From Aduncisulcus paluster (Eukaryota): a stretch of 40,241 bases of DNA. The stretch spans positions 1-40,241 of the forward strand of contig BQXS01012650.1 of assembly GCA_024181965.1 (NCBI GenBank), read 5' to 3'. Position numbers and translations under genes: made by a program. Below the pieces are notes generated by a model. The model had not been told where the DNA came from and did not search any database. It saw only the letters and a program-made list of their open reading frames with translations. This document shows, one piece after another, positions 24,429 to 35,470 of the stretch (within the stretch, counting starts at the first letter, position 1; every line of letters begins with the position of its first letter).

Positions 24429-25650
24429 ATGATTGGTAGTGATCAATGTAAAATGTGTCATCGTTGTGCGCATATGCATCCTGGACTTGAATTTTACGTT
24501 CATGCTGTACCATCATGTCGTGGTTTAGTGTATGTTTTGATAAATTGTTTTATTCAACAAGACTTGAAAATATGTATTTTTATTATTAATGTTCTATTTT
24601 GTGAAATGATTCCTCTGATTTTCTTTTTATCCCGATTCCTCACCGTATCTTTAAATCACAATATTTTTAATAATAATCATTGATATAAAATTAATGTATA
24701 TATATAGATGCCGGGAGTGTTATAACTCGAGGAGTGGCAAACAGATGTCCTGCCCTTCTTGTCAGAATTTAGTTAGTATTGAAGGAGATGGACAGTTAAA
24801 ATCATTATATCATGCCGCATGGGAAGATGAAAAGGTTGAAATAGATCATAAAATTAGGCGAGAGCTGATAGATTCGTGTAAAACCTTGAAACAGTCAGAT
24901 TTCTCCAGTACTGACGATTATCAATATTATGTTGCAAAATTTGAGACTTGTGTTATTGAATTGACGCAAGAAAAGGATGAAATGGCCCGAAGAAAGATTA
25001 TAGATAGCTTTACTGAAGAGACAAAGACCATGCGAGACAAACAGACCTTTAGGGATGGTATTGAGAGCAAACATAAACAAACTAAGAGATTAAAGCGTGA
25101 AAAAGATGAAGAAATGATGATAAAACGAGCCAAAGATATCTCTAAACGATATGAGGAGAATATTAAAGCCCTATTCATCCAAAAGAAGTCTACTCCAAGA
25201 ATTGACGATTATGTGAACGTTTCCATTGAGAAAGAACTCGCGGGAACCCATATTCAGGAGACGGAGAATGCTCAGACCAGATCAATTCGACCAACGTCAC
25301 AACTCACAGCCGGTCCCGTTACCGGCCGTAATGATAAGGCCTCACATATGATCCAACAATATTTAAAAGGTAAGACGCCATCAATGAAGCTTCCAGAGAT
25401 GCGTAGGATGAGTTTTAGCTCAGCAGCCACGACGTCGACGACTGGATTTTCTGCCAAACCGCATAAACGACGTGTTTCTGGCAACCGTTCTGTTCTATCG
25501 AGTGCCGCTGGAAAGGCCAAGAGATCGGTAAGGTTCGCACGTTCTGCTGTCGAAGTCAAAAAAGAAGAGGAGGTAAAGCCTGCTGCTCCAGTTGTGACTC
25601 AATCAGAGCTAGAAAGAATGGATATGGCCTTGGATGATGAATTTGAGTAG
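24429..25650 (+). CDS. MNAT1: CDK-activating kinase assembly factor MAT1/Tfb3, two exons: 24429-24529 and 24708-25650 (347 aa)
   Basis: Splicing rebuilds the RING finger: CKMC...PGL...CRGLV|CREC...CPSC. It is followed by WEDEKVEIDHKIRRE...QSDFSSTDDYQYYVAKFETCVIELT, matching MAT1 FEDPTVDKEVEIRKK...[25 protein letters not shown]. Confidence 0.88.
24530..24707 (+). other. Spliceosomal intron (178 nt) in MAT1
   Basis: GTATGT...ATATAG, phase 2. Removal restores the RING domain in frame. Confidence 0.9.
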
Positions 25651-25917
25651 AAAAGTCAAACAATTTCTTTGCCTATGCCAAAAAATAGTTATTTTTGAGG
25701 GGGAAAAGTTGCAAACATATTCTCCGTTCGTAAGTTCATTATTTTCTTCTCTCCAAATTTTGATGCTTTCCAATTCAAATTTAAATTCAATATAATACAT
25801 GCTACAAATTTATCCTTTGAAGTGAAAATATACTATACTGTACTACTGTACTAAAAGGAAGACAATATAATTCCTCGGCTTATTGCTATACTATTGCAAC
25901 AATAATAGATGAGAATT

Positions 25918-25920
<3 letters not shown>

Positions 25921-25970
<50 letters not shown>
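25921..25970. repeat. (CT)25 microsatellite
   Basis: Perfect dinucleotide run in intergenic DNA. Confidence 0.98.
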
Positions 25971-25973
<3 letters not shown>

Positions 25974-26476
25974 GTGACCTTTCAAAATGTCAATAACATA
26001 TATTCTATTCAACAATACTCTCTACATTGGTTGTATTTTTGATCTAACATCTAAATTTATTTCGTACAAATGATTACTGTGAGAAAAGTCTGTCGGGAAT
26101 AACGACTCTCTCAATCCAAAATATAAAATTACTAAAAAAAGGTAAGGAAATGTGACACTAATGCTTTGAACATCTCAGTATAGTACAGTATAGTTCAACT
26201 ATAGTATAGTATAGATAACTAGTGCAGTTGTTCAAAATTTACACGACTGTTCTCGTCGAGACCTCCTTCTCGAAAAGTTTTTATAATTTATATTATTCAG
26301 TGAATAATATTCACAATATCATCAATAAAATGGTTATTTTTTACCAATTTCAAATTGGCAATTTGGCTAACTCATCCTGGTGATCTTGGCAAGGATCTAA
26401 TTCTCGCTAGAGATAGACTCTCTTGAATCTTGAATGTCGAGAATTTATAAGCTCTTTCTCTTAACTCTCTGTCTCT

Positions 26477-27697
26477 CTAAACTAACAACTCATCAGAAAG
26501 ATCTTGATAATCCTTCTCCCTAATGTTGGACAACAGACCAGGCTTTTCCTTCTCTTTCTTCTCCTCTTTCTTTTTCTTCTTCTCTTTCTTTTTCTCTTTC
26601 TTTTTCTTCCTCTCTTTCTTCTCCTTCTTTGATTGAGAGTAATTAGATGATTGTCGACCTTGATATGAACTATTAAAACGGACTCCAGATATTTTCGCCA
26701 CAGAACGAATGGGAATATAAAATACCAGCAATATGCCAGCAATTGCTCCAATTATCCACAAAGAATTAACGGAATAATACCATCCATAGTCAAATAAGAT
26801 ACAAGATAGACCAGCAAGAGCATACAGAACTCCAATCAAAATGTCATACCCGCGTAACACCTTTGAATAGAGAATAAGACATGATACTGCAATAATCAAA
26901 ATGGTTCCAATATTTGTCAGACAAATATTACCCGATTTGAAACCAATTATACTCAGAGTTAGACAAGGAATAAATGAAGAAACCGATATCATGAAAGAAA
27001 ACAAATACCCAGCCTTTTCCTCATCAAGGTAAGATAAATCAATGAAAATAGCCAATGCTACATCAAAAACAAGAATAAATATCGCCACGAGATATAAATC
27101 AGAAGAGAAGTAGATCCATAAAGCTAGAGAAGCTCCACAACAGAAATATGAGAAAAAGGCGCATACATGATGAACTGTATCTCTGTCTTTAGGATCTGTG
27201 TCATCTGCTCCAAAAGATCCCCATGCTACAAGACCAAAGAAAAAATTGACGAGACCAGACACCATTCCAACCACCACCCAGCCTTGATGCTCGGAAGAAT
27301 TTAAAATCGTCGAAAAACATACCAATAGAAATCCACTTAATATACTGGGCGTTGTTTGAACTAAAAATAAGATCATTTCCTCACATTCACACATGGGGAG
27401 GAATATTATGAGGAATATTATCCATCCAATAGAAAAACAATCAATCAAAATCAATGCAACTTCACCAATAACAATCTGTGGGACAAATCTATCACCTTCT
27501 GCATTTTCTAATGTCACAGATTTGGGTGATATAGAATCAGTCACCGAAGGAGATGCAAACGAAGAGTTCGAAGAACGAGAATATACAATTTGAGGGAACC
27601 AAATAACGAAAAATGCAACAAAAATCAGAACATTAAATGCCCGTTTCGTGAGAAAAGACATGGCACGAAACTTGATTCGAGGAAAATATTGTGACAT
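26477..27697 (-). CDS. Multi-pass membrane protein (~9-10 hydrophobic segments) with a Lys/Glu-rich tail
   Basis: The first ATG is at 27697; the track start is a TTG. There is an N-terminal hydrophobic segment, a Ser-rich linker, repeated ~20-aa hydrophobic stretches and a KKEKKE tail. I do not recognise the family. Confidence 0.75.
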   Translation of the reverse strand: MSQYFPRIKFRAMSFLTKRAFNVLIFVAFFVIWFPQIVYSRSSNSSFASPSVTDSISPKSVTLENAEGDRFVPQIVIGEVALILIDCFSIGWIIFLIIFLPMCECEEMILFLVQTTPSILSGFLLVCFSTILNSSEHQGWVVVGMVSGLVNFFFGLVAWGSFGADDTDPKDRDTVHHVCAFFSYFCCGASLALWIYFSSDLYLVAIFILVFDVALAIFIDLSYLDEEKAGYLFSFMISVSSFIPCLTLSIIGFKSGNICLTNIGTILIIAVSCLILYSKVLRGYDILIGVLYALAGLSCILFDYGWYYSVNSLWIIGAIAGILLVFYIPIRSVAKISGVRFNSSYQGRQSSNYSQSKKEKKERKKKKEKKKEKKKKKEEKKEKEKPGLLSNIREKDYQDLSDELLV

Positions 27698-28257
27698 CCT
27701 ATATCTTGCCAAGAAGTATGATATGGGGAAATTTTATGAACAATATATTAATTTTAATCTCAAAATAATGGAATTAAAGCAAAAAAAAATATTATTTTGT
27801 TTGTATACCAAAACAAAACGATTTCGGCTTTCGCAAAACGTAATATAGTTAGCATCCACATTAAACTTGGATAATCCTTAAAAACAAAATTAATAAAAGA
27901 GACAAATCGAAAAAAATTTTCAGCGATTTTCTAATTTTGGCACCTCCAGAGTACGGTTTATAAAATTCTTCTCATACAAATCAATAATGAAAATATTTTA
28001 TTCATAAATAAGGGTATTTTAATCATAATCAATAAAAAATGCCCGATAAAATGATCAGTAAGAGGGTCAAAAAATCGAAATTAATCATCATAATTAATGA
28101 TTAATTAATGATTAATTCCAGAATATGAGTTGATATTCTTCAGAAAATACGACCAAATGACGCAATAGGAACATAATTTCGAAGTAATTATTATGTAATT
28201 GATTGCAAAATGATCATACCAAAGAGACAAACCCAGTTATTGGAATAAATAAATAAA

Positions 28258-30920
28258 TTATTTAATTCCTTTCCTTTTCTGTTTCCTTTTATCCCTCTGG
28301 AGTTTGGAGGTGAAATATTTCATTTGAGCACCTGCTGCCATTCCTTTCCCATTGCCATCCTTGGCATTCTTCTTCTTCTGATTGGCTCTCTTAATCTTCT
28401 TTATCTTCTCTTCCTCTCTCTCTTTCAGGACTTTCCTTGCCATATCGAGTTGATCTTTCCCTTTAGAGATGGGAGCTATGACAGCGCCTGCATCAACAAG
28501 AATTTCATCAACATTCAATCTATTGTACCTTGAATAATCTTGATATTGTAGACCAATTGGAGTCTTCATCTGGTGTGAGTGCATTTGGTGACCAATCGCA
28601 TCATACTTGCCATCACTTACCGTGGACATATAAGACGTTGGCAGGATAGCACTTGAACTCGCAGAAAAAATAATATTCTCAGATTTTGAATCTTTTCTTT
28701 TTTGACGGATTTTAGATGCACGTTGGCGGGCTTCAGCTCGGATTTTCTCAGCAAAAGATTTCTGGACCCGTTTCTCATGTTTTGAAAGTCCATCACCTGC
28801 CCAAGCACCCCACCCAGGAAGAACGCCCTCACTCACACCCGCTTTCTCCTCAGCTCTCTTGATTTCAGCAGAGACTTCTGCATCCTTCATGGCAGTGAAC
28901 TCATCCACACGCTCATCTTCACCCATGGCAACCAAATTACGGTGCAGAGGATTGAACTCACGGGAGAAATAAGAAGAGGATGAGCCATCAATAAGAACCT
29001 GACGATCCTCCTCTTCTTCTCCTTCTTCTCCTTCTTCTCCTTCTTCTCTCTCTTCTTCTTCCTCCTTATTCTTAGTTTCGTCATTGCTCTGAGTTGTATC
29101 AGCAAATGTCACCCTCTTTTGATCTTTCTTTGGAGTTGTTGTTGAATCTCCATTAACTTTCTCAGTTCCAGAAATAGAAATATCATTATTCTTCTCATCA
29201 GAGGTTGTTGTTATCCTATTTTTAGCCATTTCTTTCTCTTTCTCTATTTTTTTCTTCAGCTTTTCAGCAGCCTTCTTCTTCTTCCTCTCTCTTTCAGATT
29301 CAATCTTCTTTCTTTTCTCTGCCTTTTTCCTCATTTGTTCATCTCTCCTCTTCCTCTCCTCTTCCTTCTTTTCTTTCTGTCTTTTATCCTCTTCTCTTTT
29401 CTGCATTAATAAGATATCAACAACACTGGCAATACTCTCTTTCTTTCCTTTCTTATCCTTTCCTTTCTCTTTCTTCTCTTTCTTTCCTTTCTTCTCTTTC
29501 TTCTCTTCTTCAGAATATTCATACTCATACTCTTCTTCTACTCCCTTCTCTCCTCTCTCTCCTCTCTCTCCCTCTTCTTCTTTTGCATTGTCACCAGAGT
29601 TATCCCCCAACCCTTCCTCTAACAGAGTCAGCAATGTGGCTGCTTCTTTCTTCCTTCTCTCGAGTGGATCTCGCATAAACTTGAGACCAAAGATACCATC
29701 TGTAGGGAGTTCTTCATCTATTTGTTCTTTTAGCTTGCTTATCAACACATCGTTATCATCGAGAGCTTCATCTTCATCGAAATCATCTTTTTCCCGAGAG
29801 TCTTCTATACTGGAGTCTAGACCTTTCACACGAGCTAGTCTATCCTCTCTCTCAACAGAGTCTTCTTCCTCCGAACCTAAACTATCCTCATCTTCCTCAG
29901 TATCAACAGATTTGGACCCTTCCAGACCCAGTTTAAACTCCTTACGTGATATTCTGAAGGCACCAAGCATGGATTTCACACGTCGAAGCTTATTCTCAGC
30001 ATCTTTAAGTGCCTGAACTTCGAGGGATGCCTCCACGTTGGATTCAGAGCCTTCTTTCGATATAGATGGGTCTGTGGCAATGAGAGACATCATACCAGAA
30101 ATTGAAGAAGTTCCGTATTTATGCTTTAAGCCACTCTGAAGACTGACTAGCTTTTTCTCGGCACTGGCAACACGACGAAGGGCACGACGTTCTTTTGAAT
30201 GCATCTTACCAAGGGAATTGGCCATCATTAATGCTTTTGCTCCGAAACTATCAGAGTTAAGGGAACTTCCTTTGTTATGAATCTTTTTAAAGCTTCGCGA
30301 TTTAATTTTTGCCCATCTTTTGTATTTCACTTCTTCATACCATAAACGGGCACGAAGTTTGGCCTGTTCTTCAGCTTGAGCTCTCATCTCAGCCTTACTC
30401 TGTTTGCTGCGATGGATGTGAGCATTCTTGCCTTTTGAGATATCAATTGTATCTTTAGAAGATTTCTTTCGTTGACTAGGAGTGAGTATCCCTTGTTGTT
30501 CATAAATAGATTTCATAATTCTAGTTTCAAGATCATCGAGAAGTTGGTTATCGTCAGAGCCAAGAGCTGAGGGTTGTTTTGTTTTTTTCTTTTGCTTTTT
30601 AATATCTTGCATTACTCTCCTCTGGAGATTTAATAGAATATTAGACTTAGGTGCCTTGGGTTTTGAAGAAATACGCTTTTGACCAGCAATGATTGTTGAA
30701 AATGGAGCTATAGACTCGGAAACAATTTCTTTTGTTCCCATACGAGCAAGTTCATCCTTTTGATGGAGTGAAGCCGCATCAGAAACTGCAGTAGTTTGTA
30801 GTACGGCCTGGATCTGATCGGATACTTTTTCTAGATTATAATTAGTTAAATATAACAATAAACAAAGCGAAAAAACATTATAACACGATAAACAAATAAA
30901 ATTAAATACATACTATCCAT
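28258..30920 (-). CDS. UTP14: U3 snoRNA-associated SSU processome protein Utp14, exons 30920-30914 and 30830-28258 (859 aa)
   Basis: Utp14 motifs: AKLRARLWYEEVK...KIKSRSFKKI, FGLKFMR, LPGWGAWAGDG, MKTPIG, GAVIAPI. The track start is a TTG inside the intron; splicing gives MDKKVSDQ. Confidence 0.9.
30831..30913 (-). other. Spliceosomal intron (83 nt) in UTP14
   Basis: GTATGT...AACTAATTATAATCTAG, phase 1. It supplies the only nearby in-frame ATG. Confidence 0.85.
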
Positions 30921-31226
30921 TTTCACTCGCCAAAAGAGCGAGAATGGCTGATTGAATTTCTCGTTTTGGGAGAATTAATTCTATCAAATAAGTTAATCTT
31001 ATCCTTTATATTGAAACATATTTAAATTTATTAACCATCAAAATCATTCAGTAAAATCGTTTTCTGGCTCTGGGATTCAATTTTGGATTCCTGGAATATT
31101 GAAGCCTATTATAATATAATAAATACGAATTTATGAATCCAGATTAATGTAGTGCCTCTTTGAAATGGACAATATTATTTTTAAGGATCCTACCGAGATA
31201 ATGCCTTTTTTTTCTTGTTCTGGATC

Positions 31227-33432
31227 ATGAGCTGGCAAAGAGCCCTTGCTGAAGCTGAAATTGCTTCTAGTTTTGGTGAAGAAGCAAAAGTATGTTTGTA
31301 TTTTTTTTCTAATTTGTTGAATAATTATCATGCATTGTTTTTACCAATATCTTTCCATTTTGTTCTTTAAATTCTACTATTAGAAAATATATTCTACTCT
31401 ATTTATATACCCATACAGTACTATTGGAGATATTCATGATGCTACGGACATTCCTTTCCCTACCATTTCTTCCTTTCTTACTCTTTTAATTCAAAACAAT
31501 ATTGTATATTCCATATCTCTTTCAAAATCCGAACTCCGTCGTGATGGAAAGAAACATAATTTATTAGGACATGCCTCTGACCAACCTATCGATATCTTCG
31601 TCGTTATCCCTTCATTTGCTGTACTCCGTTTGTGCTTCCCATTATTTACTCATACTNNNNNNNNNNNNNNNNNNNNCATTCCTTTCCCTACCATTTCTTC
31701 CTTTCTTACTCTTTTAATTCAAAACAATATTGTATATTCCATATCTCTTTCAAAATCCGAACTCCGTCGTGATGGAAAGAAACATAATTTATTAGGACAT
31801 GCCTCTGACCAACCTATCGATATCTTCGTCGTTATCCCTTCATTTGCTGTACTCCGTTTGTGCTTCCCATTATTTACTCATACTTTAAGGAGCAAATATG
31901 GTTCATATGGAGAATCAATATCTACATTAATCTTTGCAAATGGTCGTATTTGTCGAGCTGATATTTTGTCTCAATTATCGTCTCGTTTGACTGGTTCAAT
32001 GGGTGGTCCAACTGGAATTCTTGGTTCAGCATCGTTTTCGGTATCAGCCGAACCCAAGAAAGATGCAGAATCCCTCGAGAGTGTTCTTGAGAAAATGATC
32101 TCCGATGGAGCCATTGTTCGTGGTAATGTTATCACTGGAGAGGTTGTCAAAGTAGTCACACAATCTTGGTCAGGATGGACTGGCCTCGACGATGATTTAG
32201 AAAGTGCCAATAGCAAGGACAAAAAGAAGAAAGAACGGAAGGCTAAGAAACTGGCTGCTATAGCCGAGAGGAAACGGAAGAAAGCCGAAGAAGCAGAATT
32301 GAAGAGGAAACAGAGGGAAGAAGCTGAGCGTCTGCGTAAGGCCGAAGAGGAAGAGGAAGACGATGATGATGATGTATTTGATCTTGGTTCATCAAGCAAG
32401 AGGAAGAAACAAGCGATAGTAACTTCAAGTTCATCCTCTTCATCAATCATTGATCTTGATCAACGTGTCAATTTGACTATATCTTTGCCATACGTTCTCA
32501 ATATCCTCCGTGGGAATGCCCTGTGCCATACATTATCTGCCTCTTTCTCTCCTCAATGTGGATCTATTATGGAGGCTATGCTGGCCATTGTGGGGGGAGA
32601 TGTGCTTGGGTGCAGTAATATGTATTCGGGACATGGGAAAATGGCTGAGATTGCCCAAGATCTGGGTATATTCACCCTCACACTCATTCCTGAACTTGAT
32701 ACTGGCACCATTCACCGCAAAATGCAGGAACTCCAGCGTGATCACGATGCCATGGTTCCCTGGGCCGACCTTAGGACTGTTCTCCCTGCCTCCAGTGGGT
32801 CGAGTCGTAGTTCTGCCTCTGCTTCATCCTCCACAATATCCAAGCAATCGCTCAGCAGTCTCCTCGATGTGATGGAACGTGTGCCAGGGGGAGGTGTTAT
32901 AATGCGCGGGATGAGGGAAGGGATGTGGCGCCTTGAGCCCGATGAATGCATGCGTCTGTGTCTCGCTCGTGTCATTGAAGAGAGCGTGCGTGCTGTGCAT
33001 GGGGATGAAGGCAGACGAGTGTTCCGATTCTTGAATTTAAGAGATGATGAGTGGGTAAGCGATGCTGTTGTGGCCAACGAGTGTTTGATATCACCTCAAG
33101 AAGCAAGGCCTCTCCTCGTGAAGCTTGTGCAAATGGGATACGCAGAAGTGAGGGAGATTAGCCGTGCTGCCGATCATAATCCAGCCTCTTCGTTATACAT
33201 GTTCAAAGTCGCTGATCTTAAGAAGTGTAAAAGTCAATTATTTGAAGAAGTATGCCGAATTGTCCTCAATATGAAGACAAGAAGGGACATGGAAGAGATT
33301 CATCCAAGTATGTGTGGCCATGGAACAGGAGAAGGATTCAGGAGTGGTAAAGATATTGATAGTGTGTCAATTATTGATTATGGAATTGAAAAGATGGTTG
33401 ATATATTATCCCTTATAATAAATTTCTTCTAA
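31227..33432 (+). CDS. POLR3C: RNA polymerase III subunit RPC3/Rpc82, exons 31227-31289 and 31384-33432 (~627 aa without the 228-nt gap duplication)
   Basis: The N-terminus MSWQRALAEAEIASSFGEEAK|KIYSTL...LTLLIQNNIV matches the RPC3 first winged helix. The C-terminal GRRVFRFL...ISPQEARPLLVKL...EISRAADHNPASSLYMF matches RPC3 EIPKTPDHAPSRTFYLY. Confidence 0.9.
31290..31383 (+). other. Spliceosomal intron (94 nt) in RPC3
   Basis: GTATGT...CTATTAG, phase 0, with an in-frame join. Confidence 0.85.
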
Positions 33433-33572
33433 TTATGAAATATTTCTTATTTAATATTGTTGACTGTCAGATGACAACTCGTTTCCCGAAAAAGTTGTCT
33501 TTTGGTCGCACTGATAAATATTATTCCTTATACATATACATATCATTTTATAAATATAGTATATAATATTTT

Positions 33573-34480
33573 ATGATCACTTTAGCTCGGGATATATATT
33601 TGTCTTTGAGAGAAAAACATACATTGTCTTTATTGTTTTATGGTAAGCGTCACTCTGGTAAATCAGTATGTTAATATATATAATAGTTAATATATATTTT
33701 GTTTCAATCCTTATTTAATTGATTTTTATCCTCATTACATCATTGTGTCATTCTCTTCTCATTTTTTTCCTTTATTTTATGTTTCATAAGACAATAACGA
33801 ATTCTCTTTGTGGATTTGATGATAAATTTATAATTAAACCAACTCGTGGTGTTGATACCTTTACAACCCTTTTTAAATCATCAGAGACAAGCTGTCCAAC
33901 TTCCTTCCATGTTCGTGTTTTTGATCCCAGTGGCAGTGAAGATTATCATGAGGTCTGGGAAGAATATGCCGCCAATTCATCTTGTTCTGTTCTCGTCCTT
34001 ACCGCTCAACTCTCAATGGAAGGAGGTATTGAATATGTAAAAGAGTGTGTACAATCTGAGTTTATGAGTCTTTTAAAAACGAATGGCGAATGGATGAAAA
34101 AATATACAAAAGGGATTATAATCAATGTGATAACAACGAGTAACATATCAAGATATATTGAACCAGAATCAGTTGCTGAAATTGATCCAATGTCTCCTGT
34201 TCGACACGATTATGATATTTCATCGGTCCATGGCGATTCAGTTGATACAAGCCCAATGTTTCCGGAGCCACCATCTTTTTTACCACCTATCTCAGATACA
34301 ACCGTAGATTTATCTATTTCTCATACCGATCGAGTTTACTTAGCCAGAGAAATCGAGTCATTATGTGTTAAAAATGGAATGAAGTGTGATTGTGAGTGCA
34401 TTAATGGAAAAGATCATGTAGCTGTCCGAAGAGTAGTCACACGATTTGTCGTCTATGTATATTCCGATTTGATGATGTGA
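33573..34480 (+). CDS. Divergent Arf/Arl-like small GTPase, exons 33573-33665 and 33791-34480 (260 aa)
   Basis: Splicing yields the P-loop LLFYGKRHSGKS|T, switch I KPTRG, G3 VFDPSG and an Arf-type WEEY. No NKxD motif is visible. Confidence 0.8.
33666..33790 (+). other. Spliceosomal intron (125 nt) in the GTPase gene
   Basis: GTATGT...CATAAG, phase 0, splitting GKS|T. Confidence 0.85.
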
Positions 34481-34759
34481 GCATCTAAATTGGCATATAA
34501 TAGTATATTTAAGCATTATAAAATCATTTTTTACTCATTCAATTTTCTCAATTTAATTCGGTTCATCTTCCAAGAATCATTCTTATCCATGATGGATCTC
34601 CAGCATTCCCATTCTTGAAAATAATATATTCACAAATAATAAAAAATAATCTTTTATCTATTGGATGAATTTAATAGTGTCAATCTGAAAATCATTGAAT
34701 ATGAGTGATTTTCGATTCCTTGTCTATTTCTTTGAATTTGGTGATATTCTCAGGATATA

Positions 34760-35215
34760 ATGTTGCTATTTCTCCATAATATTACTCGTTGCCGCGCTAA
34801 AGATTGTACAAATGAACACCCTCTTGATATTCGAATTGAAAAGGTGAAATTGAAAGAAAGGGAGTTTAAACTTGAATTAATGAAAAATTTATGGGATAGA
34901 ATTGATTATAAAGCTTTGAAAGAATTAATTGTTGTTCTTAAATTAGAGTCCGAAGATCATCCACTCCCAGATGATATTCCTGAAGATGTATCAGAAGAGT
35001 TTTTAAAGAATTTACATTTTTATTTGTTCCAAGTATGTTAAATTGCTGTCAATTTAAATTATATTTTGTATTTTTGCATGATGGTTTCTTACCTTAATGT
35101 TTTTTTTCAGATTGACATTGAAAAAGGAGTTTTATGTTGTCAAACTTGCAAGAAAGAATATCCAATTAAACATGGCATTCCTAATATGATAATTGGATCG
35201 GATGAGTGCAAATAA
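34760..35215 (+). CDS. TRM112: Methyltransferase activator Trm112, exons 34760-35032 and 35111-35215 (125 aa)
   Basis: MLLFLHNITRC...HPL...EEFLKNLHFYLFQ|IDIEKGVLCCQTCKKEYPIKHGIPNM is the Trm112 signature. Confidence 0.95.
35033..35110 (+). other. Spliceosomal intron (78 nt) in TRM112
   Basis: GTATGT...TTTTTCAG, phase 0. Confidence 0.93.
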
Positions 35216-35470
35216 TAACGAATAGAATTAATCTATATATCTTTGCTCGTCTGATGTATAGTCCTTCGTGTTTCTAGCGTTACAATGAATTCTTTTTGCT
35301 GTTACATTGTTATTAATTCCATTAATATGATAGAATGTGTTGGACTTGACTAAATATATTGACATTATTTGGAGGATTCAAATAGATCCCACAGATCAAT
35401 GTGACAACGAATAAAAACATTTTTTCGTGGATTAAATAAAATGAATTGCATCATGAATCATTATTAATCA

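Noticed and set aside
28078-28118. TAATTAATGAT tandem/palindromic run
   Set aside because: AT-rich low complexity with no supporting context.
30926-30935. E2F-like site (TTTTGGCGAG on the minus strand) before UTP14; also X-box-like GTTGCTAGGGAAA near 36503
   Set aside because: Single, imperfect short matches that are expected by chance.
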